A DNA stretch of 24,000 bases from Candidatus Poriferisocius aerobius. GTDB taxonomy: Bacteria; Actinomycetota; Acidimicrobiia; Acidimicrobiales; Bin134. Within the stretch, counting starts at the first letter, position 1. Every line of letters starts with the position of its first letter. This document shows, one piece after another, positions 1 to 8,845 of this stretch. The notes below the pieces were generated by a model. The model searched no databases, was not told the DNA's origin, and worked only from the letters and a program-made list of their open reading frames with translations. The translations under genes were made by a program, and so were the position numbers. The stretch spans positions 6,683-30,682 of the forward strand of contig JAPYOC010000184.1 in the NCBI GenBank assembly GCA_028278955.1, given 5' to 3'.

Positions 1-801
1 GATGTCCATGTGCGGTCGCCGGTGGAGGCGGTGGCCGGCGGCCCCCGGGTCATGGCCGAGGGCCGTCGGATCGACGCCGACGCGGTGATAGTGGCCGTGC
101 CCCACGACGCCGTGGACGCCCTGTTGCCCTCCGGCGCCGTTGCCGGGCAGTCCGAACTGGCCGAATTGGGGAGCTCGCCTATCGTCAACGTGCATTTCGT
201 GTTCGACCGCCCGATCATGGATGTGGCGTTCGCCGCGGCCTTGGACTCCCCGGTGCAATTCGTGTTCGACCGGACCGAGGCCGCCAACTGGTCGCAGGAG
301 CAGTCGAGGCCCCCCGAGCCCGCTGCGGGCTGCCCGGCGAGCAAGTCGGTGCCGGCGCCAGCCAGCGCCGGCGAGCAGGTGGTGGCGGTGTCGCAGTCGG
401 CGGCCTTCGACGAGATCGGCAGCCGGCCAGCTGATTTGATCGCCCGCTACCGGTCGGCCCTTGAGGAGCTGTTCCCGCTTGCGGCCGAGGCCACGGTGAT
501 CGACGCGGTGGTGACCCGAGAGCACCGGGCCACGTTCGCCGGCCGTCCCGGCACCCGAAGGCTCCGCGCCGGCCCGACCACCGCCATCGACGGGCTGTTC
601 CTGGCCGGGGCGTGGACCGACACCGGCTGGCCCGCCACCATGGAGGGTGCGGTGCGCTCCGGCAACCTCGCCGCCCGCTTGGCCCTCGATCACTGCCGGG
701 GGGCAGCCGAATCCCCGCTGGTCCCATCGTCCGACGGTGCCCCGAGCCGGCGTCTGGGCTCAGAGGCCTCCGCGCCCGGGCGGGAGAGGCTGAGCGCATG
801 A
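1..801 (+). CDS. hpnE: Squalene-associated FAD-dependent desaturase (HpnE-like), 5'-partial
   Basis: Frame 1 is open from base 1 with no stop before the GTG at 10, so the gene starts upstream of the window. The C-terminal stretch FAGRPGTRRLRAGPTTAIDGLFLAGAWTDTGWPATMEGAVRSGNLAA is the typical C-terminal FAD-binding signature of phytoene-desaturase/amine-oxidase-type flavoenzymes. It lies directly upstream of polyprenyl synthase-shc-hpnG-hpnH, as in Streptomyces-type hopanoid clusters. Its stop TGA (799-801) overlaps the next ATG (798-800). Confidence 0.75.
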   Translation, partial: DVHVRSPVEAVAGGPRVMAEGRRIDADAVIVAVPHDAVDALLPSGAVAGQSELAELGSSPIVNVHFVFDRPIMDVAFAAALDSPVQFVFDRTEAANWSQEQSRPPEPAAGCPASKSVPAPASAGEQVVAVSQSAAFDEIGSRPADLIARYRSALEELFPLAAEATVIDAVVTREHRATFAGRPGTRRLRAGPTTAIDGLFLAGAWTDTGWPATMEGAVRSGNLAARLALDHCRGAAESPLVPSSDGAPSRRLGSEASAPGRERLSA

Positions 802-1787
802 GCGGGTCGCCGGGCGTTCTGGATCGGGCCAGGGAACTGGTCGACCCGGCCATCGCCGCCGCTCTTGGCGGGCTGGGCCATGAGCTGAGGGCGCCCGCCG
901 AATACCACTTCTCGGGCCGGGGCAAGGGAACCCGTCCCGCACTGGCCATCTTGTCGGCCGAGGTCGTGGGGGCACCGCCGGCCACCGGCGTGCCCGGTGC
1001 GGTGGCCATAGAGATGATCCACGACTTCTCGCTCATCCACGACGACATCATCGACAACGACGTCGAGCGCCGGCACCGGCCCACGGTGTGGGCCAAATTC
1101 GGCACCGGCGTCGGCGTGGTGGTCGGAGACGCCCTCCACGCCCTGGCCTTCGAGCTGCTGCTGAGCGACCCCAGCCCGCCCCGGGTCAGAGCGGCCAAGA
1201 GCCTGGCCGGGGCGGTGGCCGCCATGATCGCCGGCCAGAGCATGGACATGGCCTTCGAGGAAAGGTCGGATGTCGCCTTGGAGGAGTGCCTGGCCATGGA
1301 GCAGGGCAAAACCGGGGCGCTGTTGTCCTTTGCCTCTTCGGTGGGGGCGATGCTGGCCGAGGCGGACGACGCGGTCATCGACGGGCTGGCCGAATACGGT
1401 GACCATCTGGGGTTGGCGTTCCAGGCGGTGGACGATCTGCTGGGCATCTGGGGCGACCCCGAGCGAACCGGGAAGCCCGCGGGGGCCGACCTGCGGGAGC
1501 GGAAGAAGTCAGTTCCGGTGGTGATCGCCCTCAACAGCGGCACGCCGGCGGCCGAAGAACTGGCCCAACTCTACGCCCGGTCGCACTTGCCGGCCGCAGA
1601 GCTCGATGCCGCCCGGGCCCTGGTGGAGGCGGGGGGCGGTCGCGACGAGACCCAGGCACTGGCCCGCACTCACTACCGCAAGGCCGTCTCAGCCCTTGAT
1701 TCGGTGGCACAAAACGGGGAGGTCGTCGGCGAAGCGGTGGAGGAAATGCGGTTGCTGGCCGAGTTCATCGTGGGCAGGGATTTCTGA
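798..1787 (+). CDS. Polyprenyl diphosphate synthase (trans-isoprenyl diphosphate synthase family; FPP/GGPP synthase-like)
   Basis: Both aspartate-rich motifs are present: FSLIHDDIIDNDVERRHRPT (first DDxxD region) and FQAVDDLLGIWGD (second DDxxG/D). I chose the ATG at 798 (MSGSPGVLDRAREL...) because of the ATGA overlap with the hpnE stop and a GGGAGAGG purine box at 782-789. The upstream part of the ORF-track ORF (612-797) overlaps hpnE and reads as Arg/Pro-rich out-of-frame text. Confidence 0.9.
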   Translation: MSGSPGVLDRARELVDPAIAAALGGLGHELRAPAEYHFSGRGKGTRPALAILSAEVVGAPPATGVPGAVAIEMIHDFSLIHDDIIDNDVERRHRPTVWAKFGTGVGVVVGDALHALAFELLLSDPSPPRVRAAKSLAGAVAAMIAGQSMDMAFEERSDVALEECLAMEQGKTGALLSFASSVGAMLAEADDAVIDGLAEYGDHLGLAFQAVDDLLGIWGDPERTGKPAGADLRERKKSVPVVIALNSGTPAAEELAQLYARSHLPAAELDAARALVEAGGGRDETQALARTHYRKAVSALDSVAQNGEVVGEAVEEMRLLAEFIVGRDF

Positions 1788-3679
1788 TGGGGGCGGAGCA
1801 GTGCCTGGCCCGGGCCCGAGATCGGCTCTTGAGCCTCCAGAACATCGAGGGGTGGTGGAAGGAAGAGCTCGAGACCAACGTGTCCATCGAAGCCGAGGAT
1901 CTGTTCCTGCGGGAGTTCTTGGGCATCGCGGAGCCCGAGATCACCCGGCAGACCGCAAACTGGATCCGCCACAGCCAGCGGGCGGACGGCACCTGGTCGA
2001 CCTACTACCAAGGCTCGGCCGATTTGTCGGTGACGGTGGAGGCCTACTGGGCCCTGCGCTATGCAGGCGACCCCGTGGACGCTGACCACATGGCCAAAGC
2101 GGCCGCCTACATTCGCAGCGAGGGCGGCTTGGAGCGCAGCCGGGTGTTCACTCGAATCTGGATGGCGTTGTTCGGCCTGTGGCGGTGGGAAGACCTGCCC
2201 GCACTGCCGCCCGAGGTGATCCTTCTGCCCAAGCAGGCGCCGTTGAACATCTACGACTTCGCCTGCTGGGCCCGTCAGACCATAGTGGCGCTGACCGTGG
2301 TGGGGGCTCACCGGCCGGTGCGGTCTATGGGGATCGGCTTGGACGAGATCCGCACCGGGGCCGCTCCCCCGGAAAGAGAGCCGGCCCCGGTCGGATCGGC
2401 AGCCAGGCGGTTCCAGCGCCTCGACCGGGTGCTGCACCGCTACGAGAACCGCCCGCACCGGCGGTTGCGGGAATGGTCGCTGCGGAGGGCCGAGCAGTGG
2501 ATCGTGGCCCGCCAAGAGGCCGACGGCTGCTGGGGCGGGATACAGCCCCCCTGGGTGTACTCGCTGCTGGCCCTGTACCTGCGGGGCTACTCCCTGAAAC
2601 ACCCGATCCTGGCCAAAGGGCTTGAGGGCTTCGACGCCTGGACCATCGTCGAAGACGACATGCGGCGCCTGGAGTGCTGCCAGTCGCCGGTGTGGGACAG
2701 CTGTCTGGCCCTGGCGGCGCTGGCCGATGCCGGCCTCGACCCAGACAACCCGCAGATGGTGGCCGGGGCCGGGTGGCTGCTCGATCAAGAGGTGCAAGTG
2801 GTGGGCGACTGGGCCGAGCAGCGACCGCACCTGGCGCCCGGAGGCTGGGCGTTCGAATTCGAGAACAGCCTCTACCCCGACCTCGACGACACGGCCGAGG
2901 TGGCCCTGGCCCTGCGTCGCATACGCCACCCCGACTCCCGACGGGTGCGAAAGGCGCTGGAGCGGGCGGTGGTGTGGATCCAGGGGATGCAGTGCTCGGA
3001 CGGGGGGTGGGCGGCATTCGATGCCGACAACTGCTCGCCGCTGGTGGCCGAGCTGCCGTTCTGCGACTTCGGCGAGGTCGTCGATCCGCCGTCGGCCGAC
3101 GTGACCGCCCACGTCATCGAGATGCTGTGCGAGCTAGACCGTGACGGGCGGGGGCTGAAGGTGGACCAGCAGGCCGTGAGCCGCGGGGTTCGGTGGCTCA
3201 GCGACGAGCAGGAGGACGACGGCTCCTGGTACGGCAGATGGGGTGCCAACCACCTCTACGGAACCGGCGCGGCGATCCCCGCGTTGATCAGCGCCGGGGT
3301 GCCCGCCGACGACGAGCGGGTGGTGCGAGCCTGCCAGTGGCTGGAGTCGGTGCAGAACGCCGACGGCGGCTGGGGCGAGGACATGCGCTCGTACACCGAT
3401 CACCAGTGGCGGGGCCGAGGAGAGTCCACCCCGTCGCAAACCGCGTGGGCGCTGCTGGCGCTGGTGGCCGCCGGCCGGGCCGACAGCCCGCCGGCCCGTC
3501 GGGGCGTGGCCTGGCTGGTGGAGAACCAGCGCCCAGACGGCGACTGGGATGAGCCCTGGTACACCGGCACCGGCTTCTCCGGAGACTTCTACATCCGGTA
3601 CCACCTGTACCGCCTGGTGTTCCCGGTGATGGCCCTGGGCCGCTGGGTGCGGGCTGTGCAGGACCAGACGTGGGCCTGA
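1787..3679 (+). CDS. shc: Squalene-hopene cyclase
   Basis: 630 aa. The catalytic DxDDTA motif is present (YPDLDDTAEV, nt ~2879-2896). There are multiple QW-type repeats (e.g. QNADGGWGE, QRPDGDWDE, QCSDGGWAAF, QEADGCWGG, QRADGTWSTYY). TGATG overlap with the upstream gene (1785-1789). Confidence 0.95.
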   Translation: MGAEQCLARARDRLLSLQNIEGWWKEELETNVSIEAEDLFLREFLGIAEPEITRQTANWIRHSQRADGTWSTYYQGSADLSVTVEAYWALRYAGDPVDADHMAKAAAYIRSEGGLERSRVFTRIWMALFGLWRWEDLPALPPEVILLPKQAPLNIYDFACWARQTIVALTVVGAHRPVRSMGIGLDEIRTGAAPPEREPAPVGSAARRFQRLDRVLHRYENRPHRRLREWSLRRAEQWIVARQEADGCWGGIQPPWVYSLLALYLRGYSLKHPILAKGLEGFDAWTIVEDDMRRLECCQSPVWDSCLALAALADAGLDPDNPQMVAGAGWLLDQEVQVVGDWAEQRPHLAPGGWAFEFENSLYPDLDDTAEVALALRRIRHPDSRRVRKALERAVVWIQGMQCSDGGWAAFDADNCSPLVAELPFCDFGEVVDPPSADVTAHVIEMLCELDRDGRGLKVDQQAVSRGVRWLSDEQEDDGSWYGRWGANHLYGTGAAIPALISAGVPADDERVVRACQWLESVQNADGGWGEDMRSYTDHQWRGRGESTPSQTAWALLALVAAGRADSPPARRGVAWLVENQRPDGDWDEPWYTGTGFSGDFYIRYHLYRLVFPVMALGRWVRAVQDQTWA

Positions 3680-4218
3680 CCGTGCTGTGCCCGCTGGCTA
3701 TGGAGGCCCGCGCGGCTCGGCGGGGAGTTCGGGGAGGGGCGCGGGTGGTGCGAACCGGCATGGGCCCAGACCGCAGCCGCCGGGTCGAGCGAAGGCGCGG
3801 TCCGGTGGCCGTGGTGGGCATCGCCGGGGCCGTGGCGGGCGGCATCGAGCCGGGCGACGTCGTGGTGGCCACCGAGGTGTCGGCCGAGGATGTGCCGCCG
3901 ATCAGCCTGCCGCGGGCCGAGGCGGTGGCCACCAGCCTGGAGGCGGCCGGGTTTACCGTGCATACCGGCCCGGTGGCCAGCGCGGCGAAGCCGGCGCTCG
4001 GCGCCCGCCGACAGGAGCTGGCCGACCGGGGGGCGGTGGCGGTCGATATGGAGTCGGCCTGGCTGTTGGAGCATCATAGCGGTCCTGCGTACGTGGTGCG
4101 GGTGGTGACCGACACCTCTGTCCGCGAGCTGTGGACGGCGGCCGCGGTGGCAAGGATCTATCGAGCGCTGCGCACCATTCGACGGTTGACGCCGGTGCTG
4201 GCGAAGGAGGTTGGCTGA
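3670..4218 (+). CDS. hpnG: Hopanoid-associated nucleosidase/phosphorylase (HpnG-like, PNP/UDP phosphorylase superfamily)
   Basis: 182 aa, with a GTG start overlapping the end of shc (stop at 3677-3679). N-terminal LTVLCPLAMEARAA, a glycine-rich GIAGAVAGGIEPGDVVVATEV and AVAVDMESAWL are characteristic of the MTA/SAH-nucleosidase-like fold. Its position between shc and hpnH matches hpnG. It is short for the family. Confidence 0.7.
   Translation: MGLTVLCPLAMEARAARRGVRGGARVVRTGMGPDRSRRVERRRGPVAVVGIAGAVAGGIEPGDVVVATEVSAEDVPPISLPRAEAVATSLEAAGFTVHTGPVASAAKPALGARRQELADRGAVAVDMESAWLLEHHSGPAYVVRVVTDTSVRELWTAAAVARIYRALRTIRRLTPVLAKEVG
4204..4211 (+). promoter_or_regulatory. Shine-Dalgarno sequence for hpnH
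   Basis: GAAGGAGG at 4204-4211, 8 nt upstream of the ATG at 4220. This favours 4220 over the TTG at 4211 given by the ORF track. Confidence 0.6.
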
Positions 4219-4219
4219 T

Positions 4220-5227
4220 ATGCCCATTCCGTTGAGACAAGCGGCGAAGGTTGGCGCCTACGTGTTCAAGAACAAGCTGCGCCGTCGCGAGAAGTTCCCG
4301 CTGATTGTGGAGCTCGAGCCCCTGTTCGCCTGCAACTTGGAGTGCCCGGGCTGCGGCAAGATCCAATACCCCACCGAGGTGCTGCGCAAGCGGGTCAGTG
4401 TGGAGGAAGCCCTGGGCGCGATGGAGGAGTGCGGCGCCCCGATGGTGTCCATCGCCGGGGGCGAGCCGCTGCTGCACCCCCAGATGCCAGAGATGGTGGA
4501 AGAGCTCATCAAGCGCAAGAAGTTCGTGTATCTGTGTACCAACGCGGTGCTGCTGCGCCGCAAGATCGACAAGTTCAAGCCGTCGCCCTACTTCTCGTTC
4601 GTGGTCCACGTGGACGGGCTCGGGGAGCGACACGACTTGGCCGTGGCCCGCGAGGGGGTGTTCGACGAGATCGTGGCGGCCATCAGCGAGGCCAAGGAGA
4701 AAGGGTTCCGGGTCACCACCAACAGCACCTTCTTCAGCACCGACAGCCCTGAGGACGTGCGCGGCGTGCTCGACTTCCTCAACGACGACCTCGAGGTCGA
4801 CTCCATGATGATCTCGCCGGGCTACGCCTATGAGAAGGCCCCCGACCAGGAGCACTTCCTGCCCACCGAGCAGACGAAGAGCCTTTTCCGCACGGCCTTC
4901 TCAGAGGGCAGGCGCAAGAAGTGGCGGCTGAACCACACGCCGCTGTTCTTGGATTTTCTGGAGGGCAAGGTGGACTACGAGTGCACTGCCTGGGGTATCC
5001 CGAGCTACTCGGTGTTCGGCTGGCAGCGGCCCTGCTACCTGATGGCCGACGGCTATGCCGAGACCTACCGGGAGCTGGTCGACACCACCGACTGGGACAG
5101 CTACGGCCGGGGCAAGGACCCCCGCTGCGAGAACTGCATGGCCCACTGCGGTTATGAGCCCACCGCGGTCTTCGCCACCATGAAGTCGCTCAAGGAGTCG
5201 GTCAGAGCGGCGGTCGGGACCAACTAG
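4220..5227 (+). CDS. hpnH: Radical SAM adenosylhopane synthase (HpnH)
   Basis: CxxxCxxC radical-SAM cluster motif FACNLECPGCG (Cys codons at 4331, 4343, 4352). Also the SAM-binding GGEPLLHP and a C-terminal Cys-rich region (CENCMAHCGYEP). Located directly after hpnG. Confidence 0.9.
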   Translation: MPIPLRQAAKVGAYVFKNKLRRREKFPLIVELEPLFACNLECPGCGKIQYPTEVLRKRVSVEEALGAMEECGAPMVSIAGGEPLLHPQMPEMVEELIKRKKFVYLCTNAVLLRRKIDKFKPSPYFSFVVHVDGLGERHDLAVAREGVFDEIVAAISEAKEKGFRVTTNSTFFSTDSPEDVRGVLDFLNDDLEVDSMMISPGYAYEKAPDQEHFLPTEQTKSLFRTAFSEGRRKKWRLNHTPLFLDFLEGKVDYECTAWGIPSYSVFGWQRPCYLMADGYAETYRELVDTTDWDSYGRGKDPRCENCMAHCGYEPTAVFATMKSLKESVRAAVGTN

Positions 5228-7734
5228 CCCAGAGCCTCCCGCACTCGTCTGCGAAGGCGCACGTTTATCCTCTGGCGCTCGAGGTGCTGAGCGACGATGA
5301 GGGCGCCTTGGGGCACGGGATGGGCTTCGAGGAAACCCTCCACTTCGGCGGCCAGCTCGGGGGTGGACAGGGCGCTGATGCCGCCGAGCATTCTCGGGAT
5401 GCTGGTGGAGGGGAGGCGCTGGCCTATTTCGTGCCAGTTCTCGGCCACGAACGCCCAGGCCCGGGGGCCCAGGCCGCGGTTCTCCAGGCAGCCCCGCAGC
5501 ACGAACCCGGCGTCTTGGCTCCGCACGGTGCCGTCGAGGGCGGCTGTCAGGGTGCGGTCCATGAGCCCGGGGCGGTCGAAGCCGGTGAGCGCCATCAGGT
5601 AGCGCAACTCGAGCTGCGGGGTGGGGGCCTCTTCGAATCGCCGGCACATCTCCTCGTAGTCGGATTCATCGCCGGTGGCGGCCACCACCGCGACGGCCGC
5701 CGCAGCCAGTGCGGGATCGACGGGTGCTGCCCCCATCAGCTCCCGGCATCGGGCAATGGCCTCGGCGTCGTTCCCCTCCACCGCGAGGGTGCGGGCCAGC
5801 AGGCCCCGCAGCTCGGCGGTGCGCTCGCTCTCGCCGCCGGTCGGCGCCCAGCCCACCCGGTACCAGGCCGGTTTGGCCATGTCCCTCACCCGGGCCTGAA
5901 GCCCGGCGCGCCCGTTGTCGGGAACCAGGTGGTCGAGGGCGCCCAGCGTGGCGGCCAGTCGCCGCCACACCGCCAGGTCGTCCTCGGAGGCGGCCATGCG
6001 CTCGGCGAAGGCCAGATACTCGGCCACCCCTAATCGGTCGGCCACCGCCAGGGCCCATTGGTCGTCCACCAGCACGTACCGCTGGAGCGGGTCCAGGCTG
6101 GGGCCGTCGTCCAGCAGCCGGTCGAGCAGCCCGCCCTCGTAGGCCACCCGGTAGAAGCCGGCCGCAGTCGGGTTGACCATGGCCCAGGCGGGGTTGTCGG
6201 CGCTCAGAGCGGCCGGGCCGTCCAGCACCAGCCGCTCGGTGCGCCCCCCGGAAGCGGTGCCCACCGCGGCCACCACCGGCACCCTCCAGCGGGAGTCGTC
6301 GGGCTGGCTGTCGTAGCGGAACCGGCGCTGGCTGAGCTTGATCGCGCCGTCGGGGGCGGCCGCTGCGGTCACCACCGGGTGTCCGCCCTGGAAGATCCAC
6401 GATTCCATCACGTCTCGGACCGGCTCGCCGGTGGACTCGGCGAGGGCGTCCCACAGGTCGTGGGTCTCGGTGTTGGCGTAGGAGTGACGCCGCAGGTAGT
6501 GGCGGACCCCGTCGCGGAACTCGCCCGCGCCCAGATACTGCTCCAGCATGCGCACCACGGCCGCCCCCTTCTCGTAGGTGAGCAGGTCGTACATGCCTTC
6601 GGCGTCGGCCGGGGAGACCACCGGGTACTCGATGGGCCGGGTGGCGGCGAGGGCGTCTACATCGAAGGCCGCGGCCCGCGACAGGCCGAAGGCCAGCCAG
6701 CGCTTCCAGTCGGGGCGGTAGGCGTCCACCGCCAGCATCTCGCAGAAGGTGGCGAACGCCTCCTTGAGCCAGATGCCGTTCCACCATTTCATGGTCACCA
6801 GGTTCCCGAACCACATGTGGGCCAGCTCATGGGCGATCACGTCCACCGCGGTCTGGCGCTCCTGCTGGGTGGATGTGTCGGGGTCCAACAACAGCAGGAT
6901 CTCTCGAAAGGTGACGCAGCCCATGTTCTCCATAGCCCCGAAGGCGAAGTCGGGGATGGCCACCAAGTCGAGCTTGTCGCCGGGGTAGCCGATGGCGAAG
7001 TAGCCCTCGAAGAAGCCGAGGCAGTAGGCCCCGGCGTCGAGGGCGTACTCGGTGAGGTGGCCCTTGCCGATGGGGTGCACGATGCGCATCGGGGTGCCGT
7101 TCACCTCTACCGGCTCGGTGGCCTCCAGCGGCCCGACGACGAAGGCCAGAAGATAGGTGGACATCTCCATGGTGGGGGCGAACGACACCTCCCGGCGCCC
7201 ATCGTCGGTGGGCCGAGCGCCGACCTCGGCCCCCGACGACACCGCCATCAGGTTTTCAGGCACCACCAGCGTCACCTCGAAGGTCGCCTTGAGGTCGGGC
7301 TCGTCCCAGCACGGAAAGGCTCGTCGGGCGTTGGTGGACTCGAACTGGGTGGCGGCGATCACCCGCTGGTGGCCGTCATCATCGGTGAACGTGGAGCGGT
7401 AGAACCCCCGGAGCTGGTCGTTGAGCGTGCCGGAGAAGCTCAAGTGCAGCCGAGCCGGCCCCGCAGCGGCGGGCTCGCCCAGCCGCAGCACCGCCCGCTC
7501 GTGCTCTTCGTCGCAGGCGACGCCCGCCAGCGCCACGCCGTCCAGGTCGCCCCCGCTGATGTCCAGCTCGGCCGCGTTGAGCACGATCTCGTCCACCGGC
7601 GCTTGCACCTCTATGTCCACCGCCATTGCCCCGGCAAAGGTGAACGCCTCCAGATCAGGCTCCAACCGCAGCTCATAGCGCCGCGGCACAACGTCTCGCG
7701 GCAGCCGATAGGGGTTCGAGGAGTTATCGGCCAT
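5224..7734 (-). CDS. pepN: Aminopeptidase N (M1 family zinc metallopeptidase)
   Basis: 836 aa. It has the GAMEN exopeptidase motif (FGAMENMG) and the zinc site HELAHMWFGNLVTMKWWNGIWLKEAF (HExxH-x18-E; nt ~6760-6835 on the minus strand). ATG at 7732-7734. Confidence 0.95.
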   Translation of the reverse strand: MADNSSNPYRLPRDVVPRRYELRLEPDLEAFTFAGAMAVDIEVQAPVDEIVLNAAELDISGGDLDGVALAGVACDEEHERAVLRLGEPAAAGPARLHLSFSGTLNDQLRGFYRSTFTDDDGHQRVIAATQFESTNARRAFPCWDEPDLKATFEVTLVVPENLMAVSSGAEVGARPTDDGRREVSFAPTMEMSTYLLAFVVGPLEATEPVEVNGTPMRIVHPIGKGHLTEYALDAGAYCLGFFEGYFAIGYPGDKLDLVAIPDFAFGAMENMGCVTFREILLLLDPDTSTQQERQTAVDVIAHELAHMWFGNLVTMKWWNGIWLKEAFATFCEMLAVDAYRPDWKRWLAFGLSRAAAFDVDALAATRPIEYPVVSPADAEGMYDLLTYEKGAAVVRMLEQYLGAGEFRDGVRHYLRRHSYANTETHDLWDALAESTGEPVRDVMESWIFQGGHPVVTAAAAPDGAIKLSQRRFRYDSQPDDSRWRVPVVAAVGTASGGRTERLVLDGPAALSADNPAWAMVNPTAAGFYRVAYEGGLLDRLLDDGPSLDPLQRYVLVDDQWALAVADRLGVAEYLAFAERMAASEDDLAVWRRLAATLGALDHLVPDNGRAGLQARVRDMAKPAWYRVGWAPTGGESERTAELRGLLARTLAVEGNDAEAIARCRELMGAAPVDPALAAAAVAVVAATGDESDYEEMCRRFEEAPTPQLELRYLMALTGFDRPGLMDRTLTAALDGTVRSQDAGFVLRGCLENRGLGPRAWAFVAENWHEIGQRLPSTSIPRMLGGISALSTPELAAEVEGFLEAHPVPQGALIVAQHLERQRINVRLRRRVREALG

Positions 7735-7846
7735 CGGCTGAGATTAGGGGCTCTTCGCGTCCAAGCTGGGACCGGAGGCATCCAATGTGAGGTGATCGTC
7801 CCGCCCCGGTAGCCTGCGGGCTGCCGTTGAGTTGCGGGAGGCAAGA

Positions 7847-8845
7847 GTGGGCGAGTTGGCCGTGGTTGGCATCGGCAACGCCATTGTCGATGTGATCAGC
7901 GCCGAGGACCACGACTTCATCGATATCCACGGCTTGGTCAAGGGCGCCATGACGCTGGTCGACGCCAACCGGGCCGAGCAGCTCTACGGCGCCATGGCCC
8001 CGGCCATGGAGACGTCGGGGGGCTCGGCGGCCAACACGGTGGCCGGCGTGGCCTCGTTCGGCGGGCGCGTGGGCTACATAGGCAAAGTGCGCGATGACCA
8101 GCTCGGGGAGGTGTTCGCCCACGACATCGGAGCGCTGGGGGTGCGCTTCGAGGTGGCGCCGGCCACCGCGGGCCCGCCCACTGCCCGATGCCTCATCATC
8201 GTCACCCCCGACGCGGCCCGCACCATGAACACCTACCTGGGGGCCAGCACCGAGCTGCACCCCGACGACATCGACCCAGATCTGGTGGGCGCAGCCCAAG
8301 TGCTGTACTGCGAGGGCTACATCTGGGACGTGGAGATCACCAAGGAGGCCATCCGCAGGGCCATCTCCCTCTGCTCGGCGGCGGGGGGGACCATCTCGTT
8401 CACGCTGTCGGACAGCTTCTGCGTGGAGCGCCACCACCAGGAGTGGCTCGATTTGGTGGACGGACCCATCGACCTGCTGTTCGGCAACGAGCACGAGATA
8501 TGCACCCTGTACGAGACCGGCGATGATTTCGAAGCCGCCATTGCCGCTGTGCAGGGGCGGTGCGCGGTGGCCGCCCTGACCCGAGGGGCGGCCGGCTCGG
8601 TGCTGGTCACCCCCGATGAGGTCATCAAGGTGCCGGCTGCCCCTGCCTCAGAGGTGGTGGACACCACCGGGGCGGGCGACCTGTACGCCTCGGGCTTCCT
8701 CTATGGATGGACCCAGGGGATGGATTTGGCCCGGTGCGGGCGGCTGGGGTCGCTGGCCGCCACCGAGGTCATCAGCCAGTTCGGCGCCCGCCCTGGCGGG
8801 TCGCTGGCCCGTTTGGCGGGCTCTCCTCCTAGCATCGGGGTATGA
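7847..8845 (+). CDS. PfkB-family carbohydrate/nucleoside kinase, adenosine-kinase-like
   Basis: N-terminal VVGIGNAIVDVI and SGGSAANT, plus the C-terminal PfkB signature DTTGAGDLYASGFLYG. I chose the GTG at 7847 because GGGAGG (7836-7841) lies 5 nt upstream; the in-frame TTG at 7832 is the ORF-track alternative. Its stop overlaps the next ATG (ATGA at 8842-8845). Confidence 0.85.
   Translation: MGELAVVGIGNAIVDVISAEDHDFIDIHGLVKGAMTLVDANRAEQLYGAMAPAMETSGGSAANTVAGVASFGGRVGYIGKVRDDQLGEVFAHDIGALGVRFEVAPATAGPPTARCLIIVTPDAARTMNTYLGASTELHPDDIDPDLVGAAQVLYCEGYIWDVEITKEAIRRAISLCSAAGGTISFTLSDSFCVERHHQEWLDLVDGPIDLLFGNEHEICTLYETGDDFEAAIAAVQGRCAVAALTRGAAGSVLVTPDEVIKVPAAPASEVVDTTGAGDLYASGFLYGWTQGMDLARCGRLGSLAATEVISQFGARPGGSLARLAGSPPSIGV

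Noticed and set aside
215-1543. Long antisense or out-of-frame ORFs overlapping confidently assigned genes. Examples: 215-1543(-), 1673-3112(-), 3288-3932(-), 3953-4855(-), 5666-6814(-), 6058-7812(+), 7724-8494(-), 8701-9576(-), 10227-10967(-), 11445-12254(+), 12534-13280(+), 13654-14736(-), 18644-19492(-).
   Set aside because: Their translations are Arg/Pro/Gly/Ala-rich low-complexity text with no motifs, typical of shadow ORFs in high-GC DNA where stop codons are rare. Each lies opposite or out of frame with a gene that has clear family signatures.
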